From an uncultured Gemmatimonadales bacterium (lineage in GTDB: Bacteria; Gemmatimonadota; Gemmatimonadetes; Gemmatimonadales; JACORV01), in NCBI GenBank assembly GCA_963835535.1, contig CAWIFL010000003.1, forward strand, positions 162,432 to 226,431: a stretch of 64,000 bases of DNA. The letters run 5' to 3'. The translations under genes were made by a program, and so were the position numbers. The notes beneath the pieces are model-generated. The model worked only from the letters and a program-made list of their open reading frames with translations. It did no database searches and was not told where the DNA came from. This document shows, in pieces, positions 16,801-25,499 of the stretch. The number at the start of each line of letters is the position of its first letter. Within the stretch, counting starts at the first letter, position 1.

Positions 16801-16976
16801 ACCTGCCGCGCGCCGAGCGACGAGCCCTCGGCGACGATGGCGATGCGCGGGAAAGTCAGCTCGGGGTAGATGGCCGACGGGAGGAAGAACGCCGCGCCGA
16901 TGCCGGCGGCCGACAGCAGCGCCACCGCCAGGTAGATGAAGCGGCGCTGGCGAACGAGGACGTCGAACAGCGTCAC
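13878..16976 (-). CDS. RND efflux permease (CusA/CzcA-like)
   Basis: 1032 aa from GTG at 16976 (VTLFDVLVRQRRFIYLAVA...). Twelve-TM RND architecture. The 1377-aa track ORF is an artefactual upstream extension. Confidence 0.9.
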   Translation of the reverse strand: MTLFDVLVRQRRFIYLAVALLSAAGIGAAFFLPSAIYPELTFPRIAIVAEGSSLGARQVVFSITRPIEEAVSVVPGVLRVRSRSIRGASEISVWFSPKTDMAYALQMVQSRLSQISGDLPSGLDVRAERLTPSLFPVLSYNLEGGDPATLNDIALYEIKPVLSRVPGVGRVDVQGTDVREIEVVADPARLASLGLSYDDLAGAIRKAITPEAVGRIAADYRQYLIVTDQEAHTPEDVGNVAIGNGLRVRDVAAVNLGTEDHVQVIAGDGRPAALLNITRQVGGNTVQLADSVAKVMAALAPTLPPGVHYKVVYDQAELVRDAVKSVRDAMLIGALLAVVILLAFLRHGRITAVSASSIPLTLIITVSVMSLLGQTFNLMTLGAMAIAIGLVIDDAVVITENIARHLALVGDRRAAIRQAVQELIWPVTTSTITTVVVFLPLGLLQGVIGQFFAALSLTLTIAVLISLLLALTIIPLLADQFVRARDVPAEAQEFAARSRGRLAATAAFLALALDGIGDRYIRLLGAVLHHPRRMLAGAAALIVAGVAAQHFVGSGFLPDMDEGAFVLDYWTPGGTALAETDRQLRIVEGILARTPEVTGTSRRTGAELGLFATLQNTGDLVARLKRRADRRRSIFQVMDTVRDQVNAAVPTLHIEFVQILSDVINDLAGGAKPIEIKLFGSNLDSLEAYARKISPALSKVDGVEDLFDGISFPSAEMMMRVDGAEAERLGLSPEQVGDAVSGALLGVNAGEVRTQDRAINVRVRAPDSVRYDALKLGALPVAAGARGRAAPLASLATLRPLESRAELDRENQQQMIAMTADVSGRSLGQIMADVKGVLSAQPAPGGIRIELGGQYASQQDAFKAMLAVLAIAAVSVIMVMVLQFESFVEPLVISLAAPVSFVGAVGMLLVTGTALNVSSFMGLILLVGLIVKNGIILLDFTRRRGLYDGMPLEQAIIDAARVRLRPILMTTLCTLFGLFPLALALGAGSEMQQPLALAVIGGLALSTPITLLLVPTLVVAIRGRDYLPPKRQ

Positions 16977-18040
16977 GGCTTGGCCGGGACGATCTTCGCG
17001 CTGTCCGACACGCCGTAGGCGCCGTAGCCGACCACGGTCTCGCCGCCCTTGAGGCCGGACGTGATCTCCGCGAGCGTCTCGGTGCGCCCGCCGACGGTGA
17101 CGTCCCGGGCGTGCGCGATCCCCGCGCTGTCCACCACGAAGACGCGGAACCCTTCGCCCTGCGGCACGAGGGCGGCGACCGGCACGGTCACGGCGCGCGG
17201 CGCCACGCCCGCGGCGACGCGCCCGAACACGGTCTCGCCGATCTTGAGCGGGCGCGCACTGCGGGCGACCCGCACCCGGATCTCGACGGCGCGGGTGGCG
17301 GAATCGAGCGCGGCGCCGACGTCCGCCACGCTCCCCGTCCCGACGGAGTCGCCGCGCGCGTTCTCCCCCGCCCAGAAGGCGACCCGCTGGCCCGGGTGCA
17401 CCTGGGCGGCGTCCGCCGGCGTGAGGTTCAGCACGACGTCGAGCGCGGAGAGGTCGGCGATCTCCACCAGCGGCGCCGTCGCGTCGGCCGGCGAGCCCAT
17501 GACCGCCGACATCCGGGTCACGACCCCGGAGACCGGAGCGTGCAGCGTGGCGTTCGCCAGGGCGCGCTGGGCGCTCACCAGGGCCGCCTGCGCCTGCGCG
17601 AGGTCCGCATTCGCCTGGTCCACGTCCTTGCGCGGCACGATGCCCTCCCCCGCCAGGCGGACGGCGCGGTCGCGCGCGTTCTGCGCGGTGTTCACGGCGG
17701 CCTCGCCGCTGCGCGCCGCGGCCTCGAACGGCGCGCGATCGAACTCGATGAGCGCGTCCCCTTCCTGCACCGCCTGGCCGGGCACGACGAAGATGCGGGC
17801 CACGCGCGTCGGCCCCGGCGCGCCGAGGGCCGCGAACCTGCCGGGCCGCGGGGCGACAACACCCAGAGCAGAGACGAATCGCGTGAAGGGCCCGAGCGTG
17901 GCGACGGCGGTCCGGGCTCCGACGACGGCCTGGACGTCGCTGCGGGACTCGGATTCGGTGTCTCCGCCACTCGGCGCGCACGCGACGACAAGGGCGAGTT
18001 GCGAGACGCACAGTTGCGAGACGAGCCAGGCACGCTTCAT
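16973..18040 (-). CDS. efflux RND periplasmic adaptor (MFP)
   Basis: Lipoprotein-like N-terminus. HlyD/biotinyl-lipoyl-like pattern (VQEGDALIEFD ... ATLHAPVSGVVT). Overlaps the RND gene start. Confidence 0.85.
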   Translation of the reverse strand: MKRAWLVSQLCVSQLALVVACAPSGGDTESESRSDVQAVVGARTAVATLGPFTRFVSALGVVAPRPGRFAALGAPGPTRVARIFVVPGQAVQEGDALIEFDRAPFEAAARSGEAAVNTAQNARDRAVRLAGEGIVPRKDVDQANADLAQAQAALVSAQRALANATLHAPVSGVVTRMSAVMGSPADATAPLVEIADLSALDVVLNLTPADAAQVHPGQRVAFWAGENARGDSVGTGSVADVGAALDSATRAVEIRVRVARSARPLKIGETVFGRVAAGVAPRAVTVPVAALVPQGEGFRVFVVDSAGIAHARDVTVGGRTETLAEITSGLKGGETVVGYGAYGVSDSAKIVPAKP

Positions 18041-19269
18041 GGAGAGACCTCAGACGCAGTGAACAGGCGGACCGCCGACTCCGCGATGTTCGCGGCCGCC
18101 AGGTCGTCGAACAGCCGCCCGAAGGCCTCGCGCGCCTGGCGCTGCGCCTCCAGGACGCTCGGCAGGGCCACCGCGCCCTCCGCGTACGCCGTCAGCGACA
18201 TCGCGGCCACGCGATCGGCGCTCGCCACGAGCTGGCGGTCGCGCTGCGCCCGCTGCACCGCCACGGCGAGATCGCGGCGGGCGCGCGCGACGCTGGCGTC
18301 GCTCTCCTGCCGCGCGACCACGAGCTCGGCCGCCGCGCGGTCGCGGGCCGCCGCGGCGGCGGCGATCGCGGCACCGTTGAAGTTGAACAGCGGGAAGGTC
18401 AGGGCGAGGCCGATCGTCGGCAGCAGGCCGGGCTCCGCGCCGGTCGGGTCGTGCGTGTCGAAGCCGAAGGTGAGGCTGGGCGCGGCGAAGACGCTCCGCC
18501 GGGCCAGCGAGAGAGCCGCCTCGGCGGAGCGCGCGGCCGCCTCGGCCGAAGCGACCTGAAACGTCGGGCCGGCGAGCGCCGCGGCATCGGCCGGCGGCGG
18601 GACCAACGAGTCGGCCAGCTCGATCTGCGGCTGATCGGACGGCAGGCCCATCACCTGCTGGACCTCGAGCAGGCCGGCGATCGCCGCGGCAGAATCCGCC
18701 GCGGCGTCGTTGGCCAGCTGGCCGGCGTTCACGGTCGCGAGCTGCACGTCCAGCTCGCTCGCGTCCCCCGCCTCACGCCGCAGGACGGCCATGCGGAGCA
18801 GGCTGTCGGCGTCCCGGGCCGTGTGCCGCGACAGCAGCGCGTGCGCTGCGGCGGCCAAGGCGCCGGTGTACGCCTCTTCCGCGTCGAACCGCGCCGAGGC
18901 GCGCTCGAAGCGGAAGCGCAGCACCGCCGACGTGCTCGCCTCCGCCGCGGCGCGGATGCGCGCGCCGCGCAGCCACGGGTAGTCGAGGGGCAGCTCGACC
19001 GTCGCGTGGTACTGCGGCACGTCCTTGCTGTAGCTCGCGCTGAGGACGGGATTCTGGAACGCGCGGGCGCCGATGAGGTCGGCGCGCGCCGCCGCCGTGT
19101 CCGGTGCGGCGAGGGCGACGCGCGGCCCGCGGGCGAGCGCGGCCGCCACCGCCTGCTCGCGCGTCACGCTCTGCTGTGCGTTCGCCGCACTGGGCACGGA
19201 AAGCGCCGCCATCAGCGCGGCGGCGAGACAACGCACACGGAACGCGGGTCTCGAAGGGGACTTTCGCAT
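18037..19269 (-). CDS. TolC-like outer membrane efflux protein
   Basis: The internal start MRKSPSRPAF... provides a signal peptide. Two OEP repeats. Overlaps the MFP start. Confidence 0.8.
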   Translation of the reverse strand: MRKSPSRPAFRVRCLAAALMAALSVPSAANAQQSVTREQAVAAALARGPRVALAAPDTAAARADLIGARAFQNPVLSASYSKDVPQYHATVELPLDYPWLRGARIRAAAEASTSAVLRFRFERASARFDAEEAYTGALAAAAHALLSRHTARDADSLLRMAVLRREAGDASELDVQLATVNAGQLANDAAADSAAAIAGLLEVQQVMGLPSDQPQIELADSLVPPPADAAALAGPTFQVASAEAAARSAEAALSLARRSVFAAPSLTFGFDTHDPTGAEPGLLPTIGLALTFPLFNFNGAAIAAAAAARDRAAAELVVARQESDASVARARRDLAVAVQRAQRDRQLVASADRVAAMSLTAYAEGAVALPSVLEAQRQAREAFGRLFDDLAAANIAESAVRLFTASEVSP

Positions 19270-19295
19270 CCCCTTCAAGCTAGCCCGCTTACCTG

Positions 19296-20588
19296 TCAGG
19301 AGGATGACACGACCGGCGGGAAACGGATGGCCACGCGGGTGCCCTTGCCGGGCTCGCTCGTGACCTCCAGCTGCGCGCCGTGGGCGTCGGCGATCCACCG
19401 CGCGATCGCCAGGCCGAGCCCCGCGCCGCGGGCCCCGTCGCCGCGCCCGCGCGCCGGGTCGCCGCGATAGAACCGCTCGAAGATGTGCGGCAGCTGCTCC
19501 GCGCCGATCCCCACGCCGGTGTCCTCGACCACCACCTCCGCCTGCCCGCCGGGCGCCGCGGCGGAGAGCTTCACGCGCCCGCCCCGGGGCGTGAACTTCA
19601 CGGCGTTGTCGAGGACGATCATCAGGAGCTGGTGCAGCAGCTTCGGGTCGCCGAGCACCGCTCCCTCCTCGAACGTGCCGACCTCCAGCTCCACCCCGCG
19701 CCGCTCGGCGAGCGCGCGCGCCGCGGACGCCGCATCGAGGGCAAGGTCATCGAGGAAGACGCGCTCCCGGGCGATCGGACGCTCGCCGGCGTCCGCCCGC
19801 GCCAGCGTCAGCAGGTCCTCGACCGTGGCGCCGAGCCGCTCGGCCTCGCGCTCGATCCGGCGCAGCGCCTCGGCGTACTCGGGCGGCTGGCGGTCGCGCT
19901 GGAGCGCCACCTCAGCCTGGCCGCGCAGGACGGCGATGGGGGTCCGCAGCTCGTGCGCGGCGTCGGCCATGAAGCGCCGCATCGTCTCCATCGTCTGCTC
20001 GACCGGCGCGGTGGACTTGCGCACCAGCAGCCAGCCGCCGGCGGCCACGAGCACCAGGCCCACCAGCGCGGCAGCGCTGAAGACGGCGATCAGCGCCGCG
20101 AACTGGTTCTCGAGCTCGGCGACGTCGGCGACGGCCGCTCCGACGTACGTCTTGCCCAGGACGGTGAAGCGCTCGGCGTGGAGACGCAGGGTGCGGTCGT
20201 GCCGCGCCGGCCGCTCCAGGTCCGCGCGCCCGGTCTGCCCCGCCAGCCGCGCGGCGTCCCGGACCCACGCCTCTGCTTGCGGCGGCTTTACAGGCGTGCC
20301 GTCGGGGAGCGTCAGGTACAGGGAGCGGTCGGGGATGTGCAGCTCGTCCACGGCGTCCACGACCGCGCCGCTCGCGGTGCGGGACTCGACCTCGCGGATC
20401 CTCGCGGCCTGCATCAGCGCCGTCGTCGCCTGGCGCAGGGACCGGTCCAGCTGGTGGGAGATCTGCGTGCGAATCGCCAGGAAGAGCCCGCCGCCCAGGA
20501 GCAGGAGGATCAGGCCGAAGGTGCCGACGTACCACGCCGTCAGCCGGAGCCGCAGCTTCGCGAGCGGGGTGTTCACCGTCGGGCTCAT
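19296..20588 (-). CDS. sensor histidine kinase (HAMP-HisKA-HATPase)
   Basis: Start MSPTVNT. H-box FMADAAHELRTPIA. N/G boxes (DNAVKFT, DTGVGI, GLGLAI). ATGA overlap with the upstream regulator gene. Confidence 0.85.
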   Translation of the reverse strand: MSPTVNTPLAKLRLRLTAWYVGTFGLILLLLGGGLFLAIRTQISHQLDRSLRQATTALMQAARIREVESRTASGAVVDAVDELHIPDRSLYLTLPDGTPVKPPQAEAWVRDAARLAGQTGRADLERPARHDRTLRLHAERFTVLGKTYVGAAVADVAELENQFAALIAVFSAAALVGLVLVAAGGWLLVRKSTAPVEQTMETMRRFMADAAHELRTPIAVLRGQAEVALQRDRQPPEYAEALRRIEREAERLGATVEDLLTLARADAGERPIARERVFLDDLALDAASAARALAERRGVELEVGTFEEGAVLGDPKLLHQLLMIVLDNAVKFTPRGGRVKLSAAAPGGQAEVVVEDTGVGIGAEQLPHIFERFYRGDPARGRGDGARGAGLGLAIARWIADAHGAQLEVTSEPGKGTRVAIRFPPVVSSS

Positions 20589-21253
20589 TCGCCAAACCGG
20601 TAGCCTGCGCCCCGCAGCGTCTGGATCAGCTTGGGGTCGTAGTCGTCGTCGATCTTGCGCCGCAGCCGCCGCACCAGGACCTCGAGGACGTTGGTGAACG
20701 GGTCGTGGTTCTCGTCCCAGACGTGGGCGGTGATCGCCGCGCGGTCCACGACCTGCCCCCGGTGGCGCACGAAGAACTCCAGCAGCGCGAACTCCTTGGC
20801 GGTCAGCCGGATCGGTTCCGTGCCACGCCGCACGGTGCGCTGCCCCAGGTCCACCTCGAGGTCCGCCACGCGCACCACCTCGGGCGCGAGCGCCGGCGGG
20901 CGCCGCACCACCGCGCGGATCCGGGCCAGCAGCTCGCGGAAGGCGAACGGCTTCGTGAGGTAGTCGTCCGCGCCGGCCTCGAGCCCCACTACCCGGTCGT
21001 CCACCGCGTCCTTCGCCGTCAGCATGATGATCGGGGTCTTGATGCCGCGCTTGCGCAGCCGGCGGCACAGGTCGAAGCCGCTGCCCCCCGGGAGGAGCAC
21101 GTCGAGGAGGATCACGTCGAGAGAGGCGGATGCACCCTGGAGCAGGCCGTCGTCGAACGTCCCCGCGACGACGCTGTGGATGTCGTGCTCGGCGAGGCCT
21201 TCCCGGAGAACGCCCGCCAGGGCGGGGTCGTCCTCCACGATCAGCACACGCAT
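20585..21253 (-). CDS. OmpR-family response regulator
   Basis: REC domain (MRVLIVEDD...DVILLDVLLPGGSG) plus a winged-helix domain (LTAKEFALLEFF...IQTLRGAGYRF). Confidence 0.9.
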   Translation of the reverse strand: MRVLIVEDDPALAGVLREGLAEHDIHSVVAGTFDDGLLQGASASLDVILLDVLLPGGSGFDLCRRLRKRGIKTPIIMLTAKDAVDDRVVGLEAGADDYLTKPFAFRELLARIRAVVRRPPALAPEVVRVADLEVDLGQRTVRRGTEPIRLTAKEFALLEFFVRHRGQVVDRAAITAHVWDENHDPFTNVLEVLVRRLRRKIDDDYDPKLIQTLRGAGYRFGE

Positions 21254-21272
21254 CGCACCCGCCCGAAGAGGA

Positions 21273-22385
21273 TCAGTACTTCAGCCCGGCGGAATCGGCC
21301 CAGCTCTTGACCACGGCCTCCTGCTCGGGGGACAGCTTCGCCGGGACCTCGACCTGGATGTCGACGATCTGATCGCCCCGCGCGCCGCCCTTCTCGATCC
21401 CCTGCCCCTTGATGCGGAACTTCCGGCCGGGCTGCGTCCCCGGCGGAATGCGCAGCACCAGGTGTTTCCCGTCCAGCGTGCGCACCTTGAGCTTCGAGCC
21501 GAGCATCGCCTGCGCAACGTTGATCGCCACCGCGCAGTGGACGTCGAGCCCGTCGCGCTGGAAGAAGCGGTCCGGCTCCACCTCGAAGGAGACGACCAGG
21601 TCGCCCGCCTCCGCCCCGCCGGTGCCCGAAGGTCCCTGGTTCCTGAGCCGGATCTTCGTGCCGGTGTCGGTGCCCGGCGGGACGTTGATCATCAGCCGCT
21701 TCTCGAGCCGCACCTCCCCGACGCCCTGGCAGGTGGGGCACCGCTGCGCGGCGACCTTGCCGCGTCCCCGGCAGGCGGGGCACGGCCGCTTGACCGCGAA
21801 GCCGCCGTACCCGAACGAGATGGTGCCCGTGCCGCGGCACTCCGCGCACGTGCTGAGGGAAGAGCCCGGTGCGGCGCCCGAGCCGCCGCAGGTGCTGCAC
21901 GCCTCGACCACCTGCACGGCGACCGGGACCTTGCCCCCCAGCGCCGCGACGCGGAACGGGATGGTCACGACCGTCTCGACGCTGTCGCCGCGCTCGGGCC
22001 CGCCGCGGCGCTTCTTCTCACCGCCGAAGAGCGAGGAGAAGAGATCGCCGATCCCGCCCAGCCCGCCGAGATCGCGGACGTCGAACTCCTCGAACCGCTG
22101 GCCGGCTCCGCCAGCCCCGCCGGGGCTCGGCCCCCGCGGCCGCGGCGAAGATCCGTTGAAGGCTCCGTACCTGCGGAGCTGATCGTACTGCTTCCGCTTC
22201 GCGGCGTCGTTCAGCACCGAGTAGGCCTCGGAGATCTCCTTGAAGCGCTCCGTCGCCGCCTTGTCGCCGGCGTTCGCGTCGGGATGGTTCTTCTTGGCGA
22301 GCTTCCGATAGGCGCGCTTGATCTGGTCCGGCGTGGCCGACGCCGCCACGCCGAGAACGTTGTAGTAGTCCTTCTGGGGCGCCAT
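21273..22385 (-). CDS. dnaJ: chaperone DnaJ
   Basis: J domain with HPD (KDYYNVLGV...KNHPD). Four CxxCxGxG zinc motifs (CSTCGGSG, CAECRGTG, CPACRGRG, CPTCQGVG). Confidence 0.9.
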   Translation of the reverse strand: MAPQKDYYNVLGVAASATPDQIKRAYRKLAKKNHPDANAGDKAATERFKEISEAYSVLNDAAKRKQYDQLRRYGAFNGSSPRPRGPSPGGAGGAGQRFEEFDVRDLGGLGGIGDLFSSLFGGEKKRRGGPERGDSVETVVTIPFRVAALGGKVPVAVQVVEACSTCGGSGAAPGSSLSTCAECRGTGTISFGYGGFAVKRPCPACRGRGKVAAQRCPTCQGVGEVRLEKRLMINVPPGTDTGTKIRLRNQGPSGTGGAEAGDLVVSFEVEPDRFFQRDGLDVHCAVAINVAQAMLGSKLKVRTLDGKHLVLRIPPGTQPGRKFRIKGQGIEKGGARGDQIVDIQVEVPAKLSPEQEAVVKSWADSAGLKY

Positions 22386-22388
22386 CGG

Positions 22389-23024
22389 CTACTGCACCGC
22401 CTCGGAGGCGCTTTCCGGCTCCGTCCAGGTGTACACCGCCACGCGGGCCGCCCGGAGCAGCGAGCCGTTCAGCCGGTAGCCGGGCTGGAGGACTGCGCCG
22501 ACCGTGTGGTCGGCCTCCGGGCTCGGCGCCGCCAGCGTCATCACCGCCTCGTGCTGATTGGGATCGAACGGCTGGCCGGCCGGGTCGAGGCGCTCGACGC
22601 CGACGCCCTCGAGCACCTTGAGCAGCTTCCGCTCGACCAGCCCCATCCCCTCGTGGAGCGCCTGGGGGGTGGTCTGGGCGGGATCCAGCGCGGCGACGCG
22701 CGCCAGGTCGTCCACCACGTCGAGCACCCGCGAGATCACCTCGCCCTGCGCGCGCGTCGCGGCGTCGGAGCGCTCCCGCATCTGCCGCTTCTTGAAGTTC
22801 TCCAGGTCGGCCGCCGCACGGAACGCGCGGTCCTTCCAGTCGGCCAGCTCCAACTCGAGCCGCTGCACGGCCGCGGCCGCGGGCTCGGCCAGCGCCGCTC
22901 CCGGCTGGGCCTCGGGCGCCGGCTGGACCGCCTCGGCGGCCAGGGGTGCGGCCGCAGCCTCCGGCTGCCCGGGCGCACCGGGCGGAGCACTGGATGTCGC
23001 ATGCGGATGGTGCTTCTTGAGCAT
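22389..23024 (-). CDS. grpE: nucleotide exchange factor GrpE
   Basis: Start MLKKHH at 23024. Motifs RAAADLENFKKR and PFDPNQHEAV. Confidence 0.9.
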   Translation of the reverse strand: MLKKHHPHATSSAPPGAPGQPEAAAAPLAAEAVQPAPEAQPGAALAEPAAAAVQRLELELADWKDRAFRAAADLENFKKRQMRERSDAATRAQGEVISRVLDVVDDLARVAALDPAQTTPQALHEGMGLVERKLLKVLEGVGVERLDPAGQPFDPNQHEAVMTLAAPSPEADHTVGAVLQPGYRLNGSLLRAARVAVYTWTEPESASEAVQ

Positions 23025-23076
23025 GTCGCCTCGAGCGCCGAACGTGCGTAGGTTGGCGATAAACAATAACATACGT

Positions 23077-23092
23077 GGCAATCGGCGTGCCA
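23077..23092 (-). promoter_or_regulatory. sigma-54-type -24/-12 promoter candidate upstream of grpE-dnaJ
   Basis: The minus strand reads TGGCACGCCGATTGCC, an exact fit to TGGCAC-N5-TTGC, about 55 nt upstream of the grpE ATG. Confidence 0.4.
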
Positions 23093-23244
23093 GCCGAGAG
23101 CTGCCACTCTGGCAAGCACCTGTCTCATATCCTGACCTCTGTGGTCCGCTGGCAACTTGCCGACTGGCAACGGACAACTCTTTGCCAACGAAGGACCACT
23201 AAGGACCAGATGAGACGCCGTCGCGTTGAATCGCAGCCGTCCCG

Positions 23245-23805
23245 GTGAATGCCGTCGCGGCTTCCGACCTCCCGGCCTCACCGGACCGGGCGCTGGCCGA
23301 GCAGGTCCTGGCCGGCGACGAGGGCGCGTTCCGCCAGCTGTACCGGCGGCACACGCCCCGGCTGCTGCAGCTCGCGCTGCGGCTCCTGGGCGGCGCGGAG
23401 GCGGACGCGGAGGACGTGGTGCAGGACACCTGGATCAAGGCGGTCGAGAAGCTGGACACGTTCCGGTGGGAGTCCGCGTTCGGCACGTGGCTCCACGCCA
23501 TCGCCCTCAACGTCTCCCGCGAGGCGGTGCGGAAGCGGGGGCGGCGCCAGGAGACGCCATTCCCGGAGCAGATGGAGCCGGCCGCGCCGGCGCCGTTCGA
23601 GCGGGTCGAAGTGATGGACCTGGAGCGGGCCATCGCACAGCTCCCCGATGGGTATCGGACGGTGCTGGTGCTGCACGACGTCGAGGGCTTCACGCACGAG
23701 GAGATCGCGGAGCAGCTGGGCATCGCCGCCGGCACGACGAAGTCACAGCTCTTCTGGGCGCGGCGGGCGGTGCGCGCGCAGCTCGCTCCGGTGAAAGGTG
23801 GATGA
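23245..23805 (+). CDS. ECF-type RNA polymerase sigma factor
   Basis: Region 2 (AEDVVQDTWIKAV) and region 4 (LPDGYRTVLVLHDVEGFTHEEIAEQLGIAAGTTKSQL). Confidence 0.85.
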   Translation: MNAVAASDLPASPDRALAEQVLAGDEGAFRQLYRRHTPRLLQLALRLLGGAEADAEDVVQDTWIKAVEKLDTFRWESAFGTWLHAIALNVSREAVRKRGRRQETPFPEQMEPAAPAPFERVEVMDLERAIAQLPDGYRTVLVLHDVEGFTHEEIAEQLGIAAGTTKSQLFWARRAVRAQLAPVKGG

Positions 23806-23806
23806 C

Positions 23807-24374
23807 ATGACCGGTTCCGACGATTTGACCCCGGGCGAGAAGCGGGCCTTCGAGGCGCTGCCCAAGGAGCGCGCGGCGCGCGCCGAGCTGGAGGATCGCG
23901 TGGTGGCGGCGCTGCAGCGGCGCGGCCTGCTGGCGATCCCGCTGGGGACCGCGGCCGGCCGGCGGCGGCACGTCACACCCTGGCTGGTGGGCGCCGCCGC
24001 GGCGGCCCTCGCCTTGTTCGTGGGCGGGTTCGCGGCGGGCCAGTACTTCGGGGCGCGCAGCGGCGCGGCGGCGGTCCTTTCCGGGGTGCAGGCATCCGGC
24101 GCCTCCGCGGCCCAGGTCGCGGCGCACGCCGAACGCGCCGGCACGATGTACGTGGCGGCGCTGGTCGCGCTGAACCAGCTCACCGATTCGGCCGACGCGC
24201 CGACGCGTGCCAGGGCGAAGCAGGCGGCCCTCGACGGCGCTGGGTGCGGCGGCGGAGGAAGTGGCGCACCTGGCGCCGAACGACCCGCTCGCCGCCGCGG
24301 TGCTGCGGGGCATGAACGAACGGAGCAGAGAGCAGGGGCCGGCGCCGTCCTCCCGGTCCGTGGTGTGGTTCTAA
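23807..24374 (+). pseudogene. anti-sigma factor, apparently frameshifted (or sequencing error)
   Basis: Abuts the sigma gene. Single TM (WLVGAAAAALALFVGGFAAG). The N-terminal frame has no stop until 26068. A plausible C-terminus (ALGAAAEEVAHLAPNDPLAAAVLRG...VVWF*) is in another frame and ends at 24374. The shift lies around 24172-24245. Confidence 0.45.
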
Positions 24375-24391
24375 CCTCGGGAGGAACGACC

Positions 24392-25499
24392 GTGAAACGT
24401 CTGGCGATGGTGGTAGGGATGCTGGCCCTCGGGGCCGTGTCGGCGGCGGCGCAACAGGACACCAGCCGCGTGAGCATCCAGCGCCTCGTACAGCGCGAGC
24501 GCTCAGGAGGGCTGGCTGGGGATGGGGATCTCGTGCAGCCAATGCTCGCTCTACGACTGGAGCCGGGCGGCGAGGCGCGGCTTCACCGTGAGCTCGGGCG
24601 TCAGCCGCCGCTGGACGTTCCGCGAGCCCCCCGTCGTCTTCTCGGTGGAGGCGAACGGACCGGCCGACAAGGCGGGCCTCCGGACCGGCGACACGCTGGT
24701 GAGCATCGACGGATACCCGATCACCTCCGTGGAGGGGGGAGAGCGTTTCGCGAGCGTCAATCCTGGCCAGACGGTCCAGCTCCGCTACCGGCGGGACGGC
24801 CAGGAGAAGGATGCGCGGGTCACGGCTGGCGCCCGGCCGCGCTCGGCCGAGCTGGCGATGCAGGACAGCATCCGGGCCCTGGCGCGCGCCCAGGCACGGC
24901 AGCAGGAGCAGATGCAGCGCGAGATGGAGCGCTCGCGCGCGGCGCAGCAGCGGGCGCTGGAGCAGTCGCAGGCGGCGCTGGAGCGGCAGCGCGAGTACAT
25001 GGAGCGCGCGATGGAGCAGCTGCAGCAGGTCGAGGGGCGATTCTCCGATTCGACGCGGCAGGAGTCGGTCCAGCGGACAAAGGCGATGCTCGACAGCGCG
25101 GTGGCGCGGTGGCGCGTCGCCGAGTCGCTGTACGCGCAGGTGCCGCCCCCGGTGGCGCCCATGGCGCCGATGACCCCAATGGCGCCCATGGCGCCCATGG
25201 CCCCCATGGCGCCGATGGCCCCCATGGCGCCAATGGCCCCGCTCGCGCCACTCACCTACGCCGAGCACCGCCGCTTCGGCGCGCTACGCTACTCCGGCCA
25301 GATCGGCGACGTCGTCATCGAGGCGCGCAGCCCCTATGCGGCGACCGCGACGGAAGTGTCAGACAGCGAAGTGGTGGTGACGTCGCGGGATCTCAGCGTG
25401 CGCATCGCCCTCCGGCCGCGTGCGGCGCCGGCGCCGCGCCCCGCCCGCACGCCCAAGGCCGCGCCTGCGCCGCAGCCCGCCCGGCCGCCGGAGAACTAG
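24392..25499 (+). pseudogene. secreted PDZ-domain protein, apparently frameshifted near the 5' end (or sequencing error)
   Basis: GGGAGGA SD plus GTG at 24392 encode a signal peptide (VKRLAMVVGMLALGAVSAAAQQ) in one frame. The PDZ domain (GWLGMGIS...VEANGPADKAGLRTGDTLVSIDGYPI) is in the frame of track ORF 24522-25499. The shift lies around 24474-24520. Confidence 0.5.
25157..25255 (+). repeat. in-frame 9-bp tandem repeat, 11 units
   Basis: GCGCCCATG-like units encode APMAPMTPMAPMAPMAPMAPMAPMAPMAPLAPL inside the PDZ protein. Confidence 0.9.

Noticed and set aside
13878-18011. 1377-aa ORF suggesting a giant RND fusion
   Set aside because: Only the C-terminal 1032 aa (from GTG at 16976) look like an RND permease. 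The upstream 345 aa are Arg/Gly-rich and lie out of frame over the adaptor gene.
15018-23051. Antisense ORFs 15018-17018, 17111-18559, 19380-20697 and 21024-23051
   Set aside because: All lie opposite well-recognised genes (RND, MFP, TolC, kinase, dnaJ/grpE) and have artefact composition (runs of R, G, P, D, H).
23025-23244. CIRCE (HrcA) operator or sigma-32 promoter upstream of grpE
   Set aside because: No TTAGCACTC-N9-GAGTGCTAA-like inverted repeat and no CTTGAA-N16-CCCCAT match were found by eye.
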